From contig QPGO01000077.1 in the NCBI GenBank assembly GCA_008632985.1, positions 1 to 64,000 of the forward strand: DNA of 64,000 nucleotides, read 5' to 3'. The DNA comes from Psammoneis japonica. Taxonomy: Eukaryota. A program made the translations under genes and the position numbers. The notes below the pieces were generated by a model that worked only from the letters and a program-made list of their open reading frames with translations, had not been told where the DNA came from and ran no database searches. Positions 37,099 through 48,800 of the stretch are shown piece by piece; the stretch's first letter is position 1; each line of letters opens with the position of its first letter.

Positions 37099-37600
37099 AT
37101 GGTTTGGTTTGCAGCGCAACGATGGGGAACGCCACATGTGTTCCCATGGGGCCATGCCGGTGCGGATGACCTCGCCTTGGTCTTAGAACGCAACTTCGAA
37201 CACATTCGCATCTTCACGTCGTGGAGAGAAGCATTGGAGTGGAAGGAGCGACTTGGTGAAGTCGCACCTCCGGCCCCTGAAGAAGGCCCACCTCCAACCT
37301 CAGCATGACTCCATTCTGTCTGCCCTCACTCAGTGAGCAAGCCACAACATTCTTGGCTCCATCTCAGCCATCAAAATAGAGTGGCGATGTGGAAATTCAG
37401 CAAGCCCATGCATCTGCTTGAGGCAAAGACCCATCCATTGAAGACAAGACACACATTTGTGGCTGGGGTGCCTGACGTTGATGCAGGAGCCCTCAAGAAT
37501 GCCTCGTGTCCACCAGAATTGACATCAGAGGATCAAGTGGAGTTTCTAAATTGTGATGTTGAAGTGACAACATCACCAGGCATGCACAACACTGACTGCT
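37099..37600 (+). mobile_element. Possible retroelement gag-like fragment
   Basis: IFTSWREALEW resembles an RNase H1 N-terminal-type motif; ALKNASCPPEL...DVEVTTSPGMH follows. The sequence becomes TA-depleted from ~37310. Confidence 0.25.
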
Positions 37601-37799
37601 GAGAAAACAACAGCAACACAGATGACCTCGGGCATCAAGAATGCTGTGGCAGATGAGGGCCATGCAGTGCTCCCAATTGGTGTGTGACAGTCTGTGGCAG
37701 AGTCCAAGCATGCCAACACTCTTGGAATGGTGACATCCAACAAGGACTGCCTCCAATGGTGCTGCAGATTGCAGAGGATGTCCATGTGTGTCCCCCCCC

Positions 37800-38405
37800 C
37801 CCCCTGCCAAGACCTGAGCTGGACCACCGGACAGAAAGACAAAGTCAGGGTCAGGTTTGGCTGGGGCTGACCACTTTCAAAAAGACCAAATTCACAAGCT
37901 GCTTTTGTGTGTGGAATGGCAACCAATGACTTTTGAAGGCTTCAGGCCTTCACATTGCTTTTTAAACCAACACATGAAACAACAAATTTTGCATTGCCTT
38001 GGTCATTTTTGGGTTGGGCCTCCATTGACTCCTGGCCAATCAATTGGCCATTTTTCCATTTTGAGGCCAGCAATCACAAACATTTGACTGCCAGTTGCTT
38101 TTGTCTTTCAGTTGTTCACCTGCATCTGTGGATGTGCTGCAGCACTTCTTTTCTGCTGTTGGGATGACAGATTTTTGGATTTTGTGCTTTTTGTGCACAC
38201 ACTCGCTTTCAAACAGGGATTGTGCACAAACAACTTGGCCCCATTGTTTCTGCACCTGACAAGGACAATCACACATGATGCAAGCCCACATTGTTGCTGT
38301 GTTGTTGAAGATCAATGTCTGATGACTGCAATCTTCAATTGCAGTGCCTTGCACAGTCATTGGCAGCCAGGGCCTGAGAGCCTTCTTGAAGCCCTCTTGT
38401 GTGCC
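37800..38405 (+). repeat. ~600-bp direct repeat, copy 1
   Basis: Colinear with 39530-40145; shared segments include gggctgacc.ctttcaaaa, ttgaaggctt, aatcacaaa, cctgacaagg.caatcaca, tcttcaattgca, agccctcttg. Confidence 0.85.
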
Positions 38406-39529
38406 TCTGAAGGGAAGGCTGATCTCACCCAACAATCATCAGTTCTCACATCAACTCTCCAAAGAAACACCTTCCTTCAGCTCAACTCCCTCAAAATGGC
38501 CAGCAGCACCATTGGCTTCCTTTTTCTTCATGTCCTCATTGAGGTTCATGATCAGCAGAGGGCACAGCCATGGCAAATTTTGACAAGTGCTGGGCTGGCA
38601 TGCCTTGATTCATTTCCAGCTTGCTTGACATGAGAGCATCTGGACAGTCTGCAAACAAAACATCCTTGGACAGCTCATCTTGAAAGCCCACATCATGCTT
38701 GCACCCAATGTTCTGCTTTTTTCACTTGAGGTTGCTTGTGTGGGCTGCAAAAGGAGGGAAAGTGGCCTCTGTGTCTTGGGGACAAAAAAGCCTCCTCTTT
38801 GCATTCAAATGACTGGCACTTCAGTGGATGACATCACTGAGCTTGTGGTTGTGGACAGGGAAAACAAGGCCCAATTCTCTGGGCACCTCTGAGCAAGGAC
38901 ATGAGGAATGAATTGCTGACAGATCAAGGTTTCTGAGTTTCAGATGTTCCCATGAGAGCCAGTTTTGACAATGATGAAGATCCAAAGGAGAGTGGCAGGT
39001 GGTGGCCTGTCAGGACTCACCCAATTGCAATTGACAAAAACACTGCCAAATTGCACCTTCAACTTTTCTTTAGTTTGTCAAGAATTGGGCAACAAAGCAC
39101 AAAGACAACCAGCGGTGCAGACAGAATGTGTTGCTGATGATGAGACAAATTGCACAATTTTGTGCACTCTTCATCCCCATTGCACTCCACTGTTTGTGGG
39201 CTGCTGGCACCATCATCAAGTTGATTGGAGTGTCACTTGACAAAGACATTGCCAAAAGAGACATTTTGTGGCACTTGCGCAAATGTTGCTGCACTCTGGT
39301 TTGCAGGTGATGGACATCCAAACAAAGCCCAAGAGTGCTGTGGATGTCCTTCTTCCCAACACTGACAAACACAATGTTGTTGTCTCAATCATTGATCAAG
39401 CATCAAACATTTTCTCAAACATGTGTGTTCATGAAAACAACGACACACACAGCCACACAGCAAAGCATCCAATCAACACATTGTGCAAGACAGCTCCCCA
39501 TGCAATGACAAATCTGTCTGTGTCCTCCC

Positions 39530-40145
39530 TGCCCTGCTCCTCTCTGACCCTGACTGGACCACAGACAGATGGGCAGGACAAATTTGAAGTCGGTGTTTGG
39601 GGCTGACCTCTTTCAAAATGATCAAATTTGTGCACAGGCTTTGTGTGTGAAACAGCATCCAACAACTCTTGAAGGCTTTGGGACTCCACAAAAATTGCTC
39701 CAAAGAAATGTGAAAGACACTGATTTTTGCATTGCTGCAGTCATTTTTGGGCTGGGATGCCATTGACTGCTGGCCAATTGATTGGCATTTTTCTGTTTTG
39801 AGATCATCAATCACAAATGCTTGAACGCCAGCTGCTTTTGTTTTTCAATTGTTCTCCTCTCAATCTGTGCACATGGCACAGCACTTCTTTCAGTTGATGT
39901 GATGGATGTTGGATTTTGTGTGCTTTTTGAGCACATGCTCATGTTCGTTCAAACCGGTGCCATGTGCAAACAACTCAACCCCCTTGTTTCCATGCCTGAC
40001 AAGGGCAATCACATGAGGCAAGCCTGGGTTGCTGTTGTGTTGACAAAAATGACATCCAATGGTGACATTCTTCAATTGCAATGTCTTGCACAGGAGTCAT
40101 TGCAGCAGGGCCTCCGGCAGCCTTCCTCTTGGAGCCCTCTTGCGT
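39530..40145 (+). repeat. ~600-bp direct repeat, copy 2
   Basis: Colinear with 37800-38405. Confidence 0.85.
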
Positions 40146-40526
40146 TCTTGAGGAGGATGGCCAAGAGGCAGGAGGGGGCTGGAGGCGCTGGCTGCTGTGT
40201 GCTGGTGTGTGTGCAAGAGATTTGTGCTCCCTCTGGCACCTTCTTGAAAATGTGTTGACAGCATTCCTGTCAATGTAAGCGGCAACAGTGTGTGTTGCAT
40301 TGCTTGGGATGCTGCTTTGCTTGAAGCGTTGAACACTTCATCTTGCAGCAGTGGCCCGCGTGGACAATGAGACACTACAGACTACAGTCGTCCAGCGAAG
40401 CGTTCAGTGGGAATCAGCAAAAATTGGAAAATGCTTGGCTGGCTGACACCCAAATTACCTGACAAGCATACAATCACGCAAGCAAAATCTGCACAACAAT
40501 AAAATTATAACGCACTTCACACGACA

Positions 40527-40980
40527 ATGACATCTCGAAAGCGGTCAAGCGATACAGTGGTTGTGACCGAAGCCACACCAAGCAAGCCTCGTCTACGTGT
40601 TAGAATAAAGCGTTTCCATGGTGTATCACGTTGGACATGGAATGCTGGCGACGACGAAGTATGCGGAATTTGTCAGGTGAGGTTCGAAGATTTTTGTTTT
40701 GCTCTCAGCGGATCAGGAATATTGCTGTAAAGACTCATATCTCATACATACATCGCTCTTTCTTTTGCAGAGTGCATTTGAAGGCTTAGCGCCTGGAGTA
40801 AAGTATCCGGGTGACGATTGTCCTGTTGCTTGGGGACGATGTGGCCACTGTTTTCACCTCGCTTGTGTCTCAACGTGGCTTAACAGCAGTAGAAATACGT
40901 GCCCGATATGTAGGCGAGATTGGGAGTTTGACGCCAAAGAAGAGCAACACTCACAGCAGCAAGAAACTGAAAGAGATTGA
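40527..40980 (+). CDS. APC11: Anaphase-promoting complex subunit 11 (RING-H2), 2 exons (40527-40676, 40771-40980)
   Basis: VRIKRFHGVSRWTW...CGICQ|SAFEG...PGDDCPVAWGRCGHCFHLACVSTWL...CPICRRDW; phase-0 intron GTGAG...TTGCAG. Confidence 0.92.
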
Positions 40981-41111
40981 ACAATTTGCGTTTTTTTGGT
41001 GGAGAATTGCCATTTCTTCTTTAGACAAAGGCTCCGCTTCATGGCGTCGTCTGAGAACGACCAACTTATGACAAGGAAGAGCACGAGCTAAAGTATGTAG
41101 AGTTTCTCTAT

Positions 41112-44100
41112 TTACTTACTAGTCAGCGGACGGTAGCCTTCCCAATCTTTAGGCGCTACTCCACCTTGTGACTTCATAAACGCCAGCAAACGTCGGCTAG
41201 GACCGTCCTCGGTTTCGTTTCGGAACTCCTGCTCCGCTAGCCGAGCCTCGGTGTCGTCTCTAGCGTGATTCTGAAGCTCATTCAGTTCGTATTCAACGTA
41301 GCCCTGCTCCACCGTGTTTTGTAGCAGAATCTCATTTGCCGTTTCAAGATGCTTTGTCGCCGATGGCCAGTCACCAGCCAAGTACTCTTGTCGACCCCGA
41401 TCGAACTCCTCTTGGAAGTCTTCTGTAATGTGCTGCCGCATTGCCGTGAGATCTTGATCGGTGTTCCAAATATTTGTATTGTACTGGTCAGAATCCATGT
41501 CAGCTTGCTCATCTGTCTTGCCAAAGAGGAAGAAATCCGCTCCCTTGTGCCTCGCATCATAAGTAAATATCTTCTGCCTGACACTGCTCCCTTTCACCGT
41601 AACCGTGTCAAGGTGCCGTAGCTTGGACTGAGCCACGTCCGAGAGCAGTTCTTGCACGTCCTGACTCACAAGGACACTTACGCCGTACTGCTTACAAGCG
41701 CTCATCATTCGGGACGCCATGTTGACGTGGGGTGAGAGATATGTCGCATCAACCTTGTATTCACTGCCCACGGCACCTTCTTGTGCCCATCCAGCGTCCA
41801 TACCAAATATCATATTTACTGAGAAAGCGCCAACTCCAGCGCCCAGTCTGAAATCCTTTTTCCAATTCAAGAGTTTGTCATCTCGATGTATACCTGCAAA
41901 TGTTTTGAGGATTCCAATTAGCGCACGATCCGTAAAGACTTCGATTCCTGGCAACTGCTCGAGCTTCAGGGTCATGGCGTTCGTTCTGGAAGTGTTTTTG
42001 GAGCGGCGCCCCCTGCCCTTTCTTTTCTTTGTTGATTCTCGGCTCCTGCCTGTAATTCGGGCGTTAGAGAAGACAACGTTCGTGGCCTCCTCTAGTTTCT
42101 TTCGGACATCCTCAAAGGTACCGATCCGAAACACCATCAGCCAAGCGCTACCAAGGTTCTTGTTGCACTGGCCACAATCACCCAGTCCCCAACGGAATAC
42201 TTCACTGTGCAACACCGAAGCCACGTCATTGATCAAAATCATAACATCACCACCGAGAGCCTTCAAGTAATGATCAAACGCATTGACTGCGCAAAACGCA
42301 AACAACGCATACACGCTTGTTCCCTGCTTGTTGGGGTCAAACACTTGATTCGACCGACCTGATTCTCCTTCTTGCGCGAGGTGAGTAGAGATAATGCCTG
42401 CTCCAGCGACACCCCAACACTTTCGAAGCAAGTCGGTAATCTTCGACACGGCGTTGATTAGCCGTTCTGTCTCAAAGCTACCAAGGTCGTTCGCATGTGA
42501 TGAATCATCTCCAGAAGATGCGTCATCATCACTGGCAGCTGTCCCGTTACCGTACGAGCGTTTGGACGACGACTTGGTCTTCACCGTCGCAAGCGGGTTC
42601 TTGGCATCTGTTCGTTTAACAAAACGTGCAAATGTAGGAAAATGAATAAGTGAAATACTCCAGACAAGCGCTGACCACATCTTTTGAACGTACATTGAGC
42701 AACAATCTTTAACATTCGTCTCAACGGTCCAAGAACCAACACACTGGCATCCCGACGCAAAATGGAGAGAAACCCAAGGATACACACCAGGAGAGATAAC
42801 TGCAATAGGAAAGAGCCAAACGCACTACACAAGAGAACCAAAAAGCATGGAGGATAGGCAAAATATAATGAAAGGTTCACACAAAAACATCAGAAGGGGA
42901 ACTTACGCTGGCTCGACGGAGAAGGTATTATTGAATCTAGCCTCGATACGGTACTCGACATTTGCTACGGTTCCGTTGGGGTAAAACAGATCCCCCCTTT
43001 GAGATGCAACCTCCAAGGACACAGCTCCTGGTCGGATATCAGCTCTATCCGCAAGAGCATCGGTGTTGATCGCACCCACAGTAATAGTACCGTTCTCACT
43101 ACGACTGTATCCCCAAATCTCGCAGCGTTCCTGAATTTCTAGCGGGGGCTCCCCAATCTCGTAGGCAAGTTGACAGTAGTAAAGAGTCACCGTACCATTG
43201 AATTGGGGATGTGTTGTCGGGCACCTGCCTAGCGGGAAAATTTGCAGAGACAACAAGTAAATATCCGTTTCGGCGTGAATGTGTGGATAGTTGCCGTTCG
43301 TAATTCCAAAAACCCATGAGGTAACGGTCCGCCCAAACGCGACACATGCTTCAGGGTCGTCCACTACATTGAACGCGACATTGTTTTCCTGAAGAAGAGC
43401 AACCATTCGATCGCTGTTGGCGTTCGCTCCGCCTCTGACTGCCGCGCAGAAAATGAGCGGCGACAAGCCAAAGATAAAGAAGAACACCGTCATTGCCCGG
43501 TGAGAATTGACAACCATGAGTGCAGTACCAATGTGAGAGGCACTGGTCAGAGCACTATCTTTCTGACTTTGCTCGTCCTGCTCTTCGTTTGGCTTGACTT
43601 GTTTTCGTTTCGGCCTATTCTTCTTGACGGACAAACGCGTCGGCAAGAGCGATCCGGCTCCTCGGGGTTTCTTCATGGCCACAAATGTCTTTGTGCTCCA
43701 CATCTTTTTCCAATGCCGGACCAAACCAAACACACGAAGTCGCGACAATGCAATAATAGCACGGCCGTAGAACGTGTCAATTCTCTCAGGCCCCAACACT
43801 GACTCGGTCACGCCGTTGAAAAACGAAAAGTTCAACCGATCGCTGCACGTGTATTCACTGGTAAAGAGACAGGCAAACTCGGGAACGAATGCAAACAGCG
43901 CCACGCTCTCAATGAAAAGATGAAAGCCGTTGATGAACCGCACGGTACGGGGATCGTACGCGTCCTCTGATACAATCTTGGTTCGGTAGTCATCCGGGCG
44001 AATAAAGACCTCCACGAACAGCTCTAAAACAAGGATAAACCAAAACGTGCTTTATATGAAAAACGAGGGGAGATCGCAAGGTGAGTGGAAGATATTGCAA

Positions 44101-45341
44101 AGCAACCCATTGGTTCTGCTAAACACAGCAACTTACCAGGAAATGATTGCTAGTGGCAAGTCCGCAGCCGGCGGGAAGAAGGCCAGTCTGAGTTGATCCA
44201 CAAAGAGAACCCACGCGTTGCAAAACACTGCCACATTCACGGCTGTAATGCGTGCCGAGATGGAGTATGGTTCTTCTCCATATAAAAACAGCTTGGCCTG
44301 TCCTTTAATGTACCTCCAGGCTCGAATGGGATAACGCTTTAATCCAAAGAACCAGAGAATCGGTGTGCAACACACGCGCACGCAAATCTCGTCAACGGGG
44401 TCATGATAGTCATCATCGTCGTCGGCCGCCGCGTCTCGGCGCTGTGAAATGGCGGCATCAATCGCTGCATCGGCTCCGTGGGAACCCATTTGAATCCAAA
44501 CCATTCTCTCTGAAGAAAGAAAAAGAGCATGAAAAAGAGTGGTGAGTGCTTTTCCGTGTTGCTGCCGGATGAAGAATCAGAACACAAATACGACACTTAC
44601 CGGTATCCGCTCGCTGTTCAGCATCGGTATCGAAACGGCATACCGTATAGTACTCTGCATCTTCTTCAAAGTGAACTTTCTTGACTGTCGAAATCACATA
44701 ATGATACGGACCCCGTTGTTCTCTTGGCCTCTCCCCCTTTCCGGGAGGATACCCGTACCTGTTCACCAAATGGGAAATGTCCGGTTCTTGAAAGTCCACA
44801 AGACAGAGCTCTCCCACGCGGTATCGTCTGTAATTGGCAACGCGATTTTCCAACGAGGTCCGGCCCGTATCGACCGCCAATTCGTTGGAGGACGAGTCGG
44901 CATAGGAATCGTCTTGATTGGATAGTTTTAATCTCGAAAAAAAGGCATTGGACTGTCTGCGATTATTCGTCCGACCATTATACGACCCACGAGAGATTGG
45001 TCGCATACCAAAGGGAATACGAAAGGAAGACGACGAACTGGAATTGTTCCGGCTGCTACTAAAGGTTTGGCTCGAAGTTGACGGTGACGGGGAGAAGCGG
45101 TTTCGGCGTCGTCGACTCGGTGAAGCGACATTGCCCGACAAGGCGGTGAAGCGATTTCGCGTGAATAATCAGAATTGGTAGCAGTGGCAGAAGGCAAGTC
45201 TTGTCGAGGATTCGTATCGTCGTTGAGAGAATGCGTCAAGGATACAAAGCTCATGCGCTTTTTTCGGGCGGGGGTAGGGTCGGAACCACCGCGACCTCGT
45301 GTCCAGGGCGATGAGGGTAGATTTGCTTCTTCATCCGACAT
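41112..45341 (-). CDS. Multi-exon membrane protein: ion-transport-like TM region plus class III nucleotide-cyclase-like domain (probably 5 exons)
   Basis: Donors GTAAG at ~44600, ~44136 and ~42906, GTACG at ~42693; S4-like LSRLRVFGLVRHW; LVLGPLRRM; WGVAGAGII; GWAQEGAVGSEYKVDATYLSPHVNMASR; LDTVTVKGS. Confidence 0.85.
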
Positions 45342-45830
45342 TATTTTATTCAATTCAAAGCCTTGCAATCAAAGGCTAAATTGAAATGGCTTTGATGCTT
45401 CGATACACGGAAGGGAGCAGCGACGAGGTGAAACACAGCGGCGTCAACACTGACACAAGGAAAGCTCATGGTGTTTTGGGCACAAGGGTGCGTGGTGCGT
45501 GCCGCATGCCGCGCACCCGTCCGGGGCGCCAAGGCGGATGCTCATCAATGAATAAAAAATATCAAAAAATATCTACTTATAAATTATGACCTGAAGCTTC
45601 AACATGATGTTAAAAAAACACATACTCTTCAAATGTATATGGTTTTGTATAGTAAAATAGACGTCACACTTGCAGCCGAGAGTCGCGCGATGAGTGCGCT
45701 CAGACGACTCAAACGATCGAACGCGCGAGGCTGCGCGCCCCGCGACCCCGACTTCGTCAGTCAGACGCGCACTTTCAAACCTCAATGGCGGTCGCTGCTG
45801 CTCATTACAGGGACAACAACTCGCACCAAC

Positions 45831-48800
45831 ATGGGAAGAAACAAGGAACGAAAGGGACGTCTCAACAAGGGAGCTTCGGGTGCTGGTGAGTTTGTTGGAT
45901 TCAGTGCCTTTGCCAACAACAACAACAGCCAAACAAACAATGAAAGCACCGTCACTTCTCCGAGTACCCCGCAATTGCAGTGGTCCCCCGTTTACACGGG
46001 TTCCGAGTCGGAATTATCCTTGCTCTTTAAAAAGATTAGTCAGAAACGAGACAGTGTGACAAAGGCAAGAGCCTTGACCGAGTTGGAAGCTTACTTTATA
46101 TCTCCAGATGCGCCTCGCAAAGAAAAAGTCTCGGCTACATGTCATTTGCTCTTTGTCTATCATAGCAAGCTTTGCTATGACGCGTCTTCTGCAGTCCGTG
46201 CTGCGGCACTGTTGTGTTTAAATACAGCTCGACAACAAGTTCCCAAAGCTTGGAGTACCCTGTGGGATCAGTATTCTGATTTACAGGGCATGGTGTTTTG
46301 CAGTTCCATGGCGGATCCCGCAGCCGAAGTCAGGGCGGTTCATTTTTCGTTGGATCATAGTGTCTCTTGCTGCAAGGGTGTGTGCGATTTTGTGACTCGT
46401 ATTTTGGGTTATGGCCGTGCTCGGAATATGCACAATGCCTTGTTTACACGCAAACTGGAACAAGGAGACGTATTGTCCGAGAGTGAACGGGAACAAGCCG
46501 AAGAACGTTTTGAACGCATGGTGGGGGTGGCGCTGTCTGGTCTGAACCGGTACGTGCAAGACCACCCAAACGACGAAAGCAACAACGAGATTTATACAGA
46601 ATACTTTTCAAACGGGATGCTATGGAAAATGATGGTTAGTTCAAAACTGTAAGTTGGAAGCAGTAGAGATGGATGCCCATGTTTCTTTCAAGACGCTTGT
46701 TTCTAAGTTCAGCTCCTCTTGACTGTTTCCTTTCTAGACCCTTTCGACGAAAAGCATACGAGTTACTGGCTACCGTGTGTCAGAGTGCTGTGCCATTTGC
46801 CTACCACTCTGATGGACTATCAGTGGCTTCCAAACAGTTGCAGAGTGCTTTATCCATGGAAAAGGAACCATCCAACATACCACTGCTTTTCGAAACCTTG
46901 CTCTTGTTCATCTCGTCGTTTCCAAAGGACGGACCAAAAAGGTGGGAGGTGGTTGATGCGTCCATTCTTTGCAAGGCCATCAACAAGACCTTACGAAAGG
47001 CGTGTTTTGGAGCTTCGGCCAACATGTGGGGACCCAGCATTCTGCCGCTTGTTGCATCCTTACCCACCCATCAAGACGCCGACGAACCCTTTTACTTTCA
47101 ACAGCACATTCTTTCCAGCCTGTGGCAGGGTCGAGAGGCTGCTATCGGTCCCGCAGATATGCTTTCAATTGCGTGTGCAACTGCCGAATGTTGTTCCTTT
47201 CTTCTTTTACGGCGACAGCAGGATCCTGAAAAAGCACTGGACGAGTCGACCGCGAAGAATATTGCAGATTTCTTTCTCAAGGTTCTTGGTTATTTTCTCT
47301 CCATACCAAAGTCTTCGACATCGGCAAGAGATGCGGATGACGCACTGGGAAATGAGTTGGCTCGAGACTTGCACAATATGGAGACTGCCTCGTCTGACCG
47401 ACCCAACAGTGCCATTTTTCTGATTCAAGAGTGGTTCTGGGGCGAAGGTCTTTTCACTACTATCCTTGATGCTTCTGATGTGAATGTCAATTACAGACTG
47501 CACATACTTCTAAAAGCTCTACTCAGGGAACAGAGTGAGAGTGCGACTCCGATGGAAGATAACGTTGAACAAGATAGGAGGATGACACCCGTCATCCGTG
47601 ACAAGTTTCACTCGGTGCTGTCGACGTATCAATTACGATCGGGAAGCGTGCCGGATTTGTCTGCTTATGATCTGCTCATTGTGTGTTTGGAATACAGTGG
47701 TCCTTCGTGTATATTTGATAATGACAAGAAAGAGAGCGAGGAAAATTGTCCAACTCATATTGAGCAGTTTTTGCTCAATGATTTGCTACGCTGGCTTGTC
47801 ATTCACACGTCTTCCCTCTCCTCGCGGTCAGATCATGCCTCTCGGAACGCTCTTGCTGAGCGAGACTTTACTCTTCTTCGACTGTGCCTTTTAACGGTTT
47901 TATCACCCTCTCGTCAAAAATCAATCTGGGAATCTATTCTAAAGGAAGTGATTGCTGCAAAGTGTGACTTGAGTTTGGTAGCAACGGGGTTGACTGTGCT
48001 TCTCAACGGAAGCGATGCTAGCACGGGCGAGTGGGCTGATATCCTTCGGTCAAACAAACTGCTGGATGGATTAGCAATTGAGGCTGGCAAAAAAGTCGCT
48101 CATCGATACCAAACTCATTCTCGCACTTTGCATGACCATGAAAGTGATGACGAAGTAGAGGCTAGCTACGACGAGGACATGGGATACGATGCACTCTTTC
48201 TTCGAACATACGCTGGACTTACTCCAGGTGTTGGTACGAGTCTTCTGACCAAGCATGTTATTGATCAATGGGTTGAAACGGCATGCTCTGGCGACGGCGC
48301 GGACCTCCCTGGGGTTGCTGCAGCGGACGAGGAGGTCAGCAACCCGTTGCTTGACACGCTCCTAACGCTATCGTCTGGAGAGACCCTGCTAAGTCAAGAT
48401 GAAGTCTCACGAATAATTATGGAATCGTGGCGAGAAGGCGGGAGTTCTTGGTTTGGGTCAGCATTGGATCTGTTGCTGGATCCGGAAGGCAAGCCTAGAG
48501 ACACAAAGATCTTTGAACAACTGGTTTTGCGCATGTCGGAGGAATTGAAGAAGCATCTGAAAGCGATTTGTGTTCACCATTCAAAAGACAACTCTCAAAT
48601 CATTGCATGGTGCCATTCTTGGTCTGACAGGGCTTGGCGTTTGGTTCAGCTTTGTGAAAACTCAAGTGGTAGCAAAGGAAACGGGCTAGCTTCGACCTCG
48701 ACGCTTGGTCTGACTGGTCTAGATGATGTGAATTTATGGAATAGAGCGGGTTCCTCTCGTAGCGGTGTTTCAGCTCAGAATCTGTTTCTGTGCCTAGAGC

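Larger units (their letters stand above)
37310..40370. other. TpA-depleted block 5
   Basis: TA and CG both very rare. Confidence 0.9.

Noticed and set aside
575..40370. Hundreds of overlapping Cys/His-rich, Tyr-poor ORFs that could be read as metal-binding peptides or a dense viral-like gene set
   Set aside because: Loss of TA removes TAA/TAG stops in all six frames and inflates TGY/CAY codons, so the ORFs are compositional artefacts
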